A stretch of 64,000 nucleotides of DNA from Glaucostegus cemiculus (taxonomy: Eukaryota). Position 1 is the first letter of the stretch, and every line of letters begins with the position of its first letter. Made by a program: the position numbers and the translations under genes. Positions 51,441-64,000 of the stretch are shown one piece after another. A model generated the notes under the pieces. That model saw only the letters and a list, made by a program, of their open reading frames with translations, was not told where the DNA came from and did not search any database. The stretch spans positions 4,836,001-4,900,000 of the forward strand of contig CDPCPM010000114.1 in the NCBI GenBank assembly GCA_976551045.1, given 5' to 3'.

Positions 51441-52391
51441 TTTGATTTTCATTTTGGTTCCATATTGTCTGTTTTGGTCTGGATATCAAATCAACCTATC
51501 ATCATAACATGTCCCAACCTTGAAGTTCTTAACAAACTTCCTAATAATCTCATCCATGGTTGTTCATATGTTTTGTGATATCTCGCTTAAAATCAGGGTG
51601 CATAAAAATGGGATACCATATACACTTTGAACAACTCAAGCTTCTTGATTCAGTTTGAATCCAGCTTTCTCAACATTATTCAGCTACCTGGGTGATTTGT
51701 CTGTGGTGTCTTCACTAAAACTCCCTATCCAGGGGTCAATTCTGGCATCTGGATACTTTTCAAAAGAACCCAGATCAATAAAATTCAGATGTTATTAATC
51801 TTCCAGCACCAACTTTATTATAGGTAAATGGTTTAGTTTTAACAGACATGTAAAAACCAGTAGACTTCTTGACATTAATATGTAGCCCAGACTTGGAACA
51901 GAATCTCTGAACAATCTTTAAAAGAATCACTTATGACTCCTCTGTCTTCAGTAAAGGCAAGAGCCACACACGTTAAATTCATTTAGGTTAAAACCATTCC
52001 CATTCCTCTCCAATGTACACACTGAAAGAAAAGCACAGCACTAATGGACTGAATGTCCTGTTTCTGCATTGCAATTCAAAGCTAGTTATAACGATAACGG
52101 AATTAATTTTTTTTTTTTTTGCCTGGCTTACATTTTGAATGAATGCACTCTTGCAATGACAGGTTAGTTTACATGAGCACTGACAATCCAGTACTTTATT
52201 TAAGCCATTGTACTATCACCAAGTGGAAAAAAAATAAAAGTTAATAATGATATCTGTGGGTAAAATTTGGCAGCTTAATAGAAGGGAAACACTACATGCC
52301 AGTTGAACAAAGCAAATTGACATGTGCTTATGCTGGTCAAATAATTCATAGGAAGTAAGTACTTAGGAACAGACATCACAATATTCTGTGG

Positions 52392-52462
52392 CGGTGACTA
52401 TTTGTTAGGACTGTTATTCTGGATGACAGACGGTGATTATTTGTTAGTACTGTCATTCTGGA
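52392..52462. repeat. Two-copy tandem duplication, 39-bp period
   Basis: cggtgactatttgttaggactgttattctgga versus cggtgattatttgttagtactgtcattctgga (29/32 identical). Confidence 0.9.
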
Positions 52463-52504
52463 GTAATGTATACATTTTTAATGAAGAGCCATTTAATTAA
52501 AAAA

Positions 52505-53100
52505 ACCTTGCATTTACATAGATCTTAAATGTGGTAAAAGTCCCAATGTGTTTCACAAGCATTATCAATGAAGATTTGGTACCAAGCTACATAAGAAAAT
52601 ATTAGGATAACATAACTAAAAATGTGGTTAGAAAAGTAGATTTTAGGTTTTTCTCCCTAAACTTCTGCATATCGTATTCTCCCTCTCACTCTCTCCAGGC
52701 TATACAGCCAAATGTTTTGATAGAAGGAGAATGAATATTTGAGATTTGACCGACATTTCTCAAACCTAACAACTGCATTCATTCCCCTAGAGTTGTGGTC
52801 GTGGGTCTTTCTCACTTGTAAATAATTGCAAGTGCAAATTGTTAACTCTACTTGCAAGTTATTTTGACATGGAGTTATGCCCCTTGATGGATAAATTTTC
52901 ATCACTAGTACTTCCAACTGAACAAAGATTCCTTTCCCTAATTTTATTAACTTCTGTGTTCCCCTCAGAACTATTTCTAAGAGCTTTTTATATTTTTCCA
53001 ATTTAGTTGATAAAAACTTGACAAAATTTCTTGGTGCAGTCTAACTTGCTCATACTGAATACTCATGTCATTCTCATGGAGTTATACTCCAAGGACGAAT
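52505..53100 (-). mobile_element. L2 tail (52505-52650) abutting a degraded CR1 fragment
   Basis: ccttgcatttacatag...aaaagtagattttagg, then a minus-strand LERVRGR (~LERVQRR) reading. Confidence 0.45.
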
Positions 53101-55139
53101 GCTTTCTCTGAACTAAAAACAAAACATGCTGGAGATTTCAAGGAAATCAATTAAAATTTGAGTGAAAGATAATCTATAACTTTCTTTCAGTTGTTGACCA
53201 GCTGACAGCATATATCCAGAATTATCTCATTTTTAGCTGAGATTCCCAAAACCTACTTAGTCTTACTTCAATTTCACTCAAAGTAATGGAATTAATTATT
53301 AGAATTTACTGAAGGACATTTGTATGGTGTATCCTCAAGTGGGTCTAGAATTCTGCTGGACCATTGTTAAATTCAACAAATAGTGACAATCAGAGGTCAT
53401 AGGAATTTCAAACAAGAGTAGTTATGACATGTCCAACAGTGAAGAACTCACTATGCATAGTGTTTACACCATATACATACACAAATGATGTTACCATGTC
53501 CTTTGACCACAGGTACACTGGACTTCTTTCCTTTAAAGAAAATGCATGTAAACACTTTTCATAGTTTTACACAATTATTACAGATTCAGTCTGTTGTCTG
53601 ATTTGTTTAGGTGGTTTGAACTCCTCAACTGTGTATTTTTCTAATGCATTCTTACTGAGATGGAGGAACTTGCATACTCTTTGACATAAATCACTACTAT
53701 TCATGACTCTTGAATCTTAGTGAGTTCATATCAATGCCAGGAATAGATTCATCATTGTACATTACCTCAGCTTTTACAACAATGTGTATTGTGATCAATT
53801 GATCTACATGACAGTTCCAGCATGATTTCCAGTATAAACTAACTATCTTTTTAGACTATAGATTTGGACTATTTCACTGAGATCCCATTGCTGCTTCTCA
53901 TACATACTTAATGATCTGGTGACCTGACCTTTGTCGCTCAATCAAAATTGCTTTTCTCTTCCTCAAAATTTTATCTGATTTCTTTGTGTTGATTGCTTTA
54001 GGCTGAGTGCTGATTCCTGTTTGCAGTTCTTTTAACAATGCCACTCCTCATCACCAATTGTAATGTATCTTAAGATGAACTTTGGATATTGCTGGAATTT
54101 TTGTAAGTTCTACTTGAATTTACAGTTTCTGTACACATGAGATTTGAATAAATGTTTTAGTTCTAAATCTAATAGCAAGCATCTTCCTCAATATGGTGTT
54201 TACATCATAATATATATTTGTCACTACATCTTATGACCACATGAGATTTGTAGTATAATGATAACCCTGTAAGTCACATGGCTCCAGAGAGTGAAGGTTC
54301 AATTTGACCCATCTTCTTGATTTGCAAGTCAGTTGTGGTAAGTCCTATGACAGTGAAAAAGTTTGACATAAATAGTTACAAATTAAGTTTGAAGCTGTGG
54401 AAATCCTTTGTAAAAATTGTGTACGGGTAATGAATAAGCCGAGGAGTAGAAAACCACAGGTACTGGTTAGGGAAGTAATACCAGTACTGGCCTGTAATCT
54501 CCAGGGTACAATATTGCTGCAATTTTATGTCACAATTGTAGATTGTATGCCAAAATGTACTTGGAGTTAAATTGTAAGAGGCAGAAAAGGGGACACAGAC
54601 TCAAACTGGTAAAACTCAAACATATGAGTGAAATTCTGCACACAGTGATTCGTGCATGAAATGGAGTTCTAGGCCAAGGGAAAAAAAAATGCATATCTTG
54701 AAATAATCTAAGAAATGATTAGGCGTGGGCATAATGGGAAGGAAATGTGTTTTTCTTTTCTAGAAAGATATATCAAATGTGCCTCATCATTGATAAGAAT
54801 CCAATATTTTTTTTACTTTTGTAACTACATCTATAAGCTTAAAATATTTTTTAAAATATTATTATTATACCAAAAGCTTTGTGCTTGGAGTTGCCACAAG
54901 TAGCAAAAGTCCCTCCATTCTAAGTACCTAGCTGAAAACATAAAGCAGTTTTGTTTTAAATGCACACTATAAATACACAACACCTTTTGTCAAGGTCATT
55001 AATGAACATTTTGATTCTCTCAAGTTGCAAAACAGATTCCTGGAGGACTCTACGAGTCACAGCTGCTTAATAAGAACTATTATCATTGATAACTACATTA
55101 TGCTTTCTATTATCTAGGCAATTAATAATCTAATTTACA

Positions 55140-55680
55140 ATTTCATCTTGAATCTTCAGTTCAGCCATGAATCCCTATTGAGAAAATTAAGTTATATAAT
55201 ATCCATAACCTTGCCCTTATCTACCAGCTCTATTACATACTCAAAGAATTCAAATCCATTTGTTAGGCATGACCTGCTTTTCATGTTGGCTTAGATTTAT
55301 TGCTTTCAGTCTCCTGGGGCTCTTTTGGATATCCTCTTTTATAAAACAGTCCAGCATGTTTCAGTCTCTGACCTCTTCCATTATAATAACTATACTTCAG
55401 TCTTTTGCTGTAACCTTCATGCATTATGAACAAAAGAAAATCCATTACACCACTTTCTTCTAACCCCAATTCTTCTGAATATTCTATCTGATCCTGGTGT
55501 TTTATGAGTTTTTGAGCTCCAGGATGTCTTAATGATCATTTTGATGCCAATCAGTGTTTTGGAGATGAAGTATAAACAATTCTCAGACAATTTAATTACC
55601 TGCTTGGGAATACTACTAGTTTCTTGTTTATAAAACCTTCTGTGAAACACAGTTGAATCAATATTCTCCACTATTGAAAG
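55140..55680 (-). mobile_element. CR1 RT N-terminal fragment
   Basis: Reverse reading KSRSCLTNGFEFFEYVIELVDKGKVMD resembles GRSCLTNL.EFFEEVT..VD.G..VD. Confidence 0.65.
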
Positions 55681-55839
55681 TTCTGCTGACTATTAAAAAA
55701 TAACTTCAGGAGCTTGAAAGGCAAAGCTCTTCCATGCTGCTTTCATTCCTGTTATCTAAAGTCTCATCCTTTAAAATAGCAATTATTCTTTATTTACCAT
55801 GAAAATATTTCCTAAGGACTTTGATTAATGTTTCCCTCA

Positions 55840-56250
55840 TCAATGTTCCCCTTGCCGATCTCCCAGGCTCCATACCTAATAAACCAGAACTTTGTTTTTT
55901 GTCCTTTATTTCCTATTTATTCATCAACCCAAGTTCCATTGTCTTCCACATACTCCCTATCCTTCAAAGCATCAACTTCAACACCTTCATTCTTATTCCA
56001 CAACTCCATTCTAGATCCATAGTTCTAAACCTCAAAACCAAAAGCTCACCACCTATTTGAGGAAGCTCAAGAAAATTTGTCTAATCTATAAGTATGTGCC
56101 AAAATCAGATTTGTGATAATTTTGCAGAACACCTTCATTCAGTTCACAATGTGTCCCTGATCTCCAGTCACCTGTCACTTCAATTTCCCCAATTCAAATC
56201 CATTCTGACCTCAGCTTTCTACACTTTTCGAGCAAAATTCAATGAAAGCT
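55840..56250 (+). mobile_element. Degraded PLE fragment
   Basis: DNFAEHLHSV..PVTCHFN reading (GIY-YIG C-terminal region) parallels 25210-25290. Confidence 0.45.
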
Positions 56251-57629
56251 CAAGTTTTACAGAACCAGTCATACCATGTCTACAAGAGTAGCACAGAGGT
56301 TAGGTATGCTGTACTGAATGCTCACTTCCTGATATGTGAAAGTTGGAAGTATCATGGCATATTATCACTCATTCCATTGGACAGAGCAACAATGACCTCT
56401 AAAAGCCCAATTCATGATGTTTCAGTTAATCATTATCACCACAGTATCCTAACCTCCACCCTCTAAAGTCACCAAAGTGTGTAGATGTGTATTGGAGGCT
56501 TTGCATTCCAATAAGGTAGATAACACCTCCATACTCATCATCTCTACCATTGAGGGTCAGGGTGGAAAATACATGACTGAGATAAAAAAAAACATTCATC
56601 CTCTCCAGATTACACTCCTGGAATTTTTTGGATAAAACAATGAAATCAACAATTCAAGAGTGCAGCCCACCCCCATTTTTCCAGGACTTGCCAACACTCT
56701 AAGGACTAACAATATCATATACTTGCTTCCCACACAAAGAAAAATGAATCAACATTAAAAAAAAACAGAATCCCACTGCAGCCACAAGTCTTGCAATGCA
56801 AGTCATATATATGAAAAATAAACTGATGTTTTATTTCCTCACTGCAAAATCAACTTTCATTGACAGCAATTAAGATGGTGTTTCCTTGGATCAATGGAAA
56901 TCTATGGCTGCAGTCCAACAGATATTCATTTGTACAGAGAATGTATTTGACTAGGTGCAGGAAGACAGATATTACAGGAGAGCTGATCATCTAATGCTCT
57001 CACACATTCATTCCCAGAACAGGTTCTTAACAGCAATCAGGAAAGGTTGCTGTGGACAATAAGTTTTTTCTCATTCACCCAGGGAGGTCAATTGCTCCAT
57101 CCTCCCTTCACCCTTGAATTAAATTAAGACAACATTGACCAAAAATTGAATTTTTTGTGCAAAAATTTATGAATATAAATGTATTGCAATATTTCAATAT
57201 GTCACCTTTACTGCTGCTCCTTCCTGGAGCAAAGAGTTGAGTGCCAGCAACCAGCAGCAGGGAAAGATAATTGCATAATCCAAATAAATCTGTGAGCCTA
57301 TCCCTGGCAGCTCTATTAATGCAAAGTTTTTCTTCAAAGTGCTCATTCTAAGTCAAGCCCTAAAAATAATTATTCCAAAATCACAGTACACAGCTAATTT
57401 CGCCCTAGGCTCAGTATCCAAAGACACAGAAAAGACTGAATACATTTTAGCTTCATGAATCTTGGAATTGACACTGAACCAGTTTTGAATGGAGCTAATT
57501 ATTTACTCTAACAGAATTGTAAAGTGCAGATCTCTCTTTTTAATGAAGCATTAGATTACATTCAAAAGTAAATGCAAAGTAATAATTAACAAACCAAACA
57601 CCTCTATTGCCAAATCAGGGAAGATACAA

Positions 57630-57810
57630 GTCTCTGGCTATTCACAGACAATATTGGATTACTCAACAGATCAGGCAGCAACAGAGTAAAAGAGATAATA
57701 ATTTGGACTGGTGACCCTTCATCAGAAAAGGAAGATATTAGAAATGTAAGTGATTTTAAGCAAAGGAAGGGGATGAGAAAGGAGAGAATAAAAGGAAAGG
57801 TCTAATATAG
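57630..57810 (-). mobile_element. PLE terminal fragment
   Basis: Reverse complement ttCTGATGAAGGGTCAccagtcc...gctgcctgatctgttgagt. Confidence 0.55.
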
Positions 57811-58699
57811 AGTTAATGGATTGTCATGGTGAATTTCACTAAACTGCATTGAGAAAACAATCAGGCAACCTGAAGGAAATGTCTTCTCTATAATAATAAA
57901 GCTTTAAAGCCCTGAGTTTCTGCACATTTGTGTTTGTTTCCTGTGATAAAATCCTCCAAATTTTGTAACTCAAGTTTTTACAAGCTTTGGCTCCACTTTT
58001 GAAGCACTGCATAACAAACAGGGCCTGACCACACAGGTTTCCATGTTCCAGGTCAATTAATCATCAGTGGCAGCTTTGAGCTCATTTTCAGACTTCCATG
58101 GAGGGCCAACAATTTCAGTCAGAAATGTTGGAATCAAGTATGGTAATAGGTACAAAATGAAAGGTTATGAATTATTAAAATTTGGGAATGACTACTGCTC
58201 TCCAACATAACTAGAAAATAGTTTGGTATTTTCCTTTAATTTTCAATAACTTAAATTTGGGTTTCTCACTGGCAGATTGAAACTGTTATTTAAAATACAT
58301 TTGGTGATAATTCCATTTTCCATTGTGACAATCAAACCATACCAAGTTATCACATAAATATATTGAATAATTTTTAAAGCAATTTTGCAAATAAATCCAT
58401 TTAAATCATTTATTGATTGAGCTGGTTAAAATGCTGTATTTGGCAATGGACAAATAAATCTGAGGGGAAACTAAGGGAGAGAAATTTTAAGTTGTTTGTG
58501 ATTTTGGACCGTATTTGTACCAGTTACCAATTGTTCCAAAAGCAAAAGCTCTAACACACCAGATGTTTAATGCTAAAAAAAGATCAACCAACTGTGACTT
58601 CTGAAAAAGTTATTCATTTCCTTCACCATTTAATGCTACACTGGATTGCAAATGATTAGGAAGGATAATATAACATCCTATTTATCTCAGCACCACATC

Positions 58700-59440
58700 T
58701 CACTTTTCAAATACCCCACTAACCCACACTACATTTTTTGTTTACACTTCCTCCCACCTTGGAGGTCTTTCTTTAAGGAGGGGTTTCCATTCTGCTATTT
58801 CCTCCATTCCACTTACTCTGATGATGTTTCTTTCACACTTATGCTCCTTTTCCATTTCCTCATATGAGTGTTCCCATCCACTGTGCCTGCCCCATTTCAC
58901 CTACGTCTACCTTCATCACTTCCCTGAAGTTACACAGCAATGCAAATGTTTCCCTTATCTTCACCTTCAACCTCCACATTGAATGAATCATTACCCCCAG
59001 TATGATGCCTCCAAAATTATCTTCCCTTGCATAACAATCTGGCCAACTCTTAAATCACTGAGTATCCACTTCCCCCTACCTCAACATCAACACAAAAGCT
59101 ATTAACCTGCTCTTTCACTTTCCCCCGTCCCACTCTTCAGGGAACTAACTGTTCTTTCAGGAACTTATAGGCATATCTTTTAAATTAGCATCTTGTTTTT
59201 GCTGTTCATGTTCCTCCTCTACATTAGAGAAATTAAATGACTGATTTTCTGAAAACCCTCAATTATTCCAAAACCATGATCCCAAGCTTCTGGGGCATCA
59301 GCCCTTTTAATTACATTCTCATTCTGAACTCTCTATTCATGCCCTCATCATTGTTCCAAAGAAGCTCAGCAGATACTTCATTTGGCAAAACATATTTCTT
59401 TTGGATTTAAATTGAGTTCAATCATTATAGACCAAAATAA
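58700..59440 (+). mobile_element. Degraded PLE body fragment
   Basis: Pyrimidine-rich and collinear with 24590-25410 (cttcctcccacc...ctctgatgatg...ctctacattagaga...attgagttcaa). Confidence 0.45.
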
Positions 59441-59764
59441 AAGTTTTTCTGAAAATTGAACGAATGGCAATTTATGGCCATTACTGTCAATTCAATTTTC
59501 ATCACCAATCCTTCAGTAATATGGTTATTTCATTCTTGCCTTTCAGTGAATCACACACCTTTTCTTTTGGATCCTTCATTCCTCACTTCCTCTTTCCTTA
59601 TCTCTGTACTTGTTTAAAATGCTTTCATTTCTCATTTCAAATTTCATAAACTTCTCCTTTCAGGTTTTTAGCAACTACGGTATATTACTCTTCCATGTTA
59701 CAATTCATTATGTTGCCTGACCGTGGTTAAATCGACACTAATTTTCACTGGAAAACTGATTTGG

Positions 59765-60222
59765 TCATAATGTCATACAGCACAGAAAGGGGCCTTTCAG
59801 CCTACCAAGTCCGTGCTGACCTTTTGCCCTCTGCACTAATCCCATTTCTCCACATTAGGACCGTATCCTTCTATGCCTTGCCCATTTAGTTATCTGTTTA
59901 AATGCCTGTTAAACGTAGTTATTATATCTTATTCCACCACCTCCTCTGGCAGCACATTCCAGATATCAACCACTCTCTGTGTAAAAAAAACATACCTCTC
60001 AGATCCTGTTTAAAATTCCTTCCTCTCACCTTAAGCCTATGTCCTCTTGTTTTTGATATCTCTAGCATGAGAAAAATAATTTTGATTATCTACCCTATCT
60101 ATACCTCTCATAACCCTTTATACTACTATCGGGTCACTCCTCAGCCCCTTTCGCTCCAGGGAAAACAAACCCCGCCTCTCCAATCTTTCCCCACAACTAA
60201 ATTTCTGGTGAATATCCTCTGA
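59765..60222 (-). mobile_element. CR1 3' end
   Basis: tcatacagcacagaaaggggcctttcagcc tail. Reverse reading RLERRGLFSLERRG..TRGHRLKVRGRNF..DLRG.FF.QRVV. Confidence 0.85.
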
Positions 60223-61274
60223 TTTGATGCTGAACAATAGAGTGGATCAGAAGCGTGCAACCAATGGTCAATAACGAGACTCTACCAAAGAAAATCAATG
60301 ATGGCAATTTTCGCGTTGTTACACGTGGAATATATTTTTTAGATTATTATGTTTGCATGATTATATCAAGGCAAAGTCCAAATAGGCTTGGAAGTTAAAA
60401 TGATTACCAGGTTCATTCATTTTGGTTCAAAGAAACTTCTGTGGATCTAAATTTCCATTTTTACTACTATCAAAAAAATTCAAAGATTTGACTGTTAAAA
60501 CTTATCGATTCTGCCTGCCATTTTCTGACTTTATTAATTAATAGTCACAGGTTTCATCTGAGCTTCAAAGCTTATCAAAATCTTTTTTAATATATAAACA
60601 ACCTTCAACAGAATAGCTATTAATTGATGTTTCCCTGAAGCGACTTATAGTTGAAACTCTAAATGTGTTGATAATCGACCAACAGTTGGGGAAATTGCAG
60701 TTCTTGTGTCTTATGGATGACTCTTTTTACCCAGGATAACTCGATTTCATTGATTGAGCTTCAGGTATTTTCAGCACCATTTAAAAGTCATTTAAAAGTA
60801 AAAAGTCTGATTCAGTGAATGCATTAAAAACCAATCAGGCTGCTTCCAGGGCACCAGCACATTAGTTTTAAATCGATGTGGTTTAACTGCATTCCAGGAA
60901 AACGGTGATCACCCATAATTTAAGTGCGAGGGTCTTACTAGGGTAAATACCTTCCAATTGTTTTTGTTGAAGGGGTACTTTTAGTTAGAACTTGAAATGT
61001 GTTGATAATTGAATACCAGGAAATTTCCAGAAAAAAATAGGGTGAGAGAATTAATAGCAAACATCACTTATTCCTTGTTTCCTTTTTCACCACCCAACAG
61101 CTCTCTTGCCATAAAACAGGATGAAATTGGTACAACTCCTCAGGAAAATGATCCTCATTCATAGCTTGAAGGAAAGTTACTGACAACTGAATTAAACTGT
61201 GATTAAGTGAGCAGAATTGTAGATAAAGGAAAGTAAACCATGATTCTATGAAAGTCTGAGATAACTCAGTCTTA

Positions 61275-61532
61275 GGGCGGCACGATAGCGTAGCGGTTAG
61301 CGCGACGCTGTTACAGCGCCAGCGATCGGGGTTTGATTCCCGTTGCTGTCTGTAAGGAGTTTGTACGTTCTCCCGTGTCTGCGTGGGTTTCCTCCGGGTG
61401 CTCCGGTTTCCTCCCACAATCTAAAGACGTACGGGTAGGTTAATTTGGGGGTTTAAAATGGGCGGTGTGGACTCGTTGGGCCGAAAGGGCCTGTTACCAT
61501 GCTGTAAATAAAATTTTAAAAAATAAAAAAAA
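61275..61532 (+). mobile_element. Young V-SINE (CR1-type tail)
   Basis: Near-identical to 29581-29847; many differences are CpG transitions. Confidence 0.9.
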
Positions 61533-61544
61533 CCATATTTACAG

Positions 61545-61835
61545 CAATGCAATAAGGCAAGGGAATATGCAGTGAATGGAAGCATACTGAGTGGTGTGGA
61601 AGAACAGAGGGACTTCGGAGTGTGTCTCCAAAGGTCAAAGGTAAGACAGGTCAGTAAGATAAGTAAAAATTACGAACAATATTTAAAAGACATCTGGCTA
61701 AGTACATGGATTGGAAAGTTTTAGAGGGATATAGGTCAAAGACAGGCAAATGGGACTAGCTGAGCTGGGCATCTTGGTTAGCATGGATGGGTTGGGCCAA
61801 AGGGCCTGTTTTCGTGTTGTATGACCCCATGAATC
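61545..61835 (+). mobile_element. CR1 fragments (ORF2 piece plus 3' tail)
   Basis: EYAVNGSILSGVEEQRDFGV reading and tail gggccaaagggcctgttttcgtgttgtatgac. Confidence 0.75.
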
Positions 61836-64000
61836 TGAAATGATTTACATCATGTTATATAAATTGAGGTTAAACCTCTGTGGTTTGAGATTGCTCTTTA
61901 GCTACATAGCTGCCAAACAATCTCCAGTGGTCTGTCACTGTTCCGCTTAACATAACAAATTGCACTGAACTCACAATAAATTACACTTATTATTAATCAC
62001 CTTTCTCACGACCCAACACCTTCACTGTTTCATTGTAACTTTTTAGAATAGTAAAGGCAAAGCCCTTCTTGATAATCTTACTAAAAAGTCAATCTTTTAT
62101 ATTTGCACTTTTAAAAAAAAGTAACATGAGCAATTCATTCCAATAGCATTAAAAGCTTCACGGCAATTTAAAAATTCATCACCTCATGACCAATTGAGAT
62201 ATGAATATTACAAGAACTTTTGGTAATTTAAAAGCTTTTTGCAATCACTGCAATATGCATAAATATTACAAGAAGTCTGGTGATGTAAAAGGCACAGTTT
62301 TTAACAGCTGGTTGGACCAATTAGTGTAACCAATTACAAAAAAAAGTTATTTCAGTCCTTCAGCTATTCTGTACTATTTCAAATTAGTAACAAAATATGA
62401 CACCACAGGCATTCTACAACATGGCTGGTTAAGCAAGCCCAAACTGGAATTGTGGGATACTGCAGTAAATTTCACTGCACTGGGCTTCAGAAAAATGTGC
62501 ACTCAGTGAATCCTAGTCTCTGCATGCATTAAATCCAGACATACAGTTAGGATTGGCTCTCTACAATCTGAATGCAAAATGGATTCACAACAATGGGACT
62601 CAACATTTTTCTTCCCAGCTTCTTGCCCAAGTGACCTTTCTCTGTGTACCAGCCTGGACTGCAATGGTATTTAAAAGCCAAGGGTACTCTGATTGAATTT
62701 GATCTTGTATCTCTGGCTTAAATTTAACATCATTGAACCCAGTTAATGAACTTGAATTTGCACAATTATGAGCAATTTCACGTTGCTGTAGAGCACACCT
62801 GTGGTAGGAAACTTAGTGCCACTTTTAAATCACTCAAGATATTTTTTTCATGATAGCCCAACTGGCAATTCCACAAGACAAAAATGATTCCCTGTTGGCC
62901 TTTGTCTCTTCATCCTTTGTAAATGCCCTTCTCTTTCATCCCCTTCACCAACCTTCAACACAAAATCATTAAAGCCGCAACAATGAATGATGTTGGGACA
63001 TTTCCTTGCACCCATTGCTCACCTGATTTCATTCTGAACAGGTCCAGCCACGTTAATAGAACTTCAACCCAGAGAAAGTAGCAAGGATTTTAGTTTCTAT
63101 TGCTTTCATGATTACTCCAGCCTTACTCTTAGATTAGCAGCTTGTTATTTTTATAGAAAAGAAATACTCAAACCTGCAAAAATGACTGAAAAATAATTTT
63201 GTAATTGTGAGATTATTCATTATGTCTGATATGTCAATGAAATTTTATGCAAATAAAACCTGTCATAATAATTGAGGGAAACAAATTTTCCAAATGTTTA
63301 AATTCTACATTTGGAAAATAAGAGCACTGCAAGAGAAAGGGAAGAAAGAGCAAAATAGCAAGGATAGAGAAAGGAAGAAAGATGGGGAGGAGAGAGCACG
63401 AGAATAAGCTGGGAAGGGAGAAGGAGGAATACTGAGAGCAAGGAAAGTGACAGTGAGAGATGGCGACAGAGCATGCAAGTGATGAGGGGAGACTGAAGAA
63501 CAGATAAAGGGTGACAGCACTCTCTAAATCCTTTCCCCACTCTCACATTTCTCATTCGTTCTCCTATACAGAAATACAGCACTGAAAATTCAAAATGCTG
63601 CATTTAAATTTCAAATCTTGTTTCCTTCTACAATCTCTCAAAAGAGTACGGTTAAGATTTAAAGAAGCAGACTATTTAAATACACTGTAATAGGCCTGAA
63701 TGTGGTTGATTGCAATTCATCGACCTGCAATCCTTTCACTGATCTGTTGCAGCATCTTTACCTTGTATTGAGTAACAGTGAGGATGATGTTTAAACCAGT
63801 GCTGACATCATTAACTCCTTTGTGAATAGCTGCATGCAGTCAACTTGCAGCAATAATACCAATGAAAAAGGCTGCATTGTCAACACTAGTAATGTTGCCT
63901 AAGTTCCTTCAAATTAGATGCTAACAGTTGTCCAAATTGCTGGTGAAATGTATATGATTTTCCCATGCTCTTTACTTACCTGCAAAGGTTCAGTTGTTCA

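Noticed and set aside
63320-63570. Purine-rich then pyrimidine-rich stretch as a coding exon or triplex element
   Set aside because: It looks like decayed GA-rich low-complexity sequence, with no mirror symmetry, splice signals or recognisable protein motif.
1-64000. CRISPR arrays, rRNA genes, operons or other prokaryotic systems
   Set aside because: The sequence is vertebrate intronic DNA. I saw no regularly spaced repeat-spacer arrays and no dense ORFs.

Overview
This is AT-rich, almost entirely non-coding vertebrate DNA. The repeat complement (V-SINEs, CR1, Rex1/Babar, Penelope-like elements, Harbinger, AmnSINE2/Deu/LF-SINE-like relics) points to a cartilaginous fish, probably a batoid (inference). 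The only host protein-coding sequence I can support is the 155-nt coding part of LSAMP (IgLON family) exon 1b on the minus strand (2279->2125), which the ORF track missed. Its signal-peptide codons also form an internal 3' splice acceptor. By analogy with mammals, positions above about 2.6 kb are the promoter-1b upstream region and the large 1a-1b intron, and 1-2124 is the next intron. The rest is a layered transposon record: a degraded Ty3/Gypsy element (gag-PR-RT-RH-INT), a two-gene PIF/Harbinger fossil plus a MITE, a Rex1/Babar LINE, Penelope-like elements with hammerhead-ribozyme-like remnants, young V-SINEs with two different LINE-derived tails, and ancient SINE families. There is also one unexplained 91-nt hairpin. 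Family names come from recalled consensus motifs, not database searches, and repeat boundaries are approximate. I found no strong evidence of a wholly new biological system.
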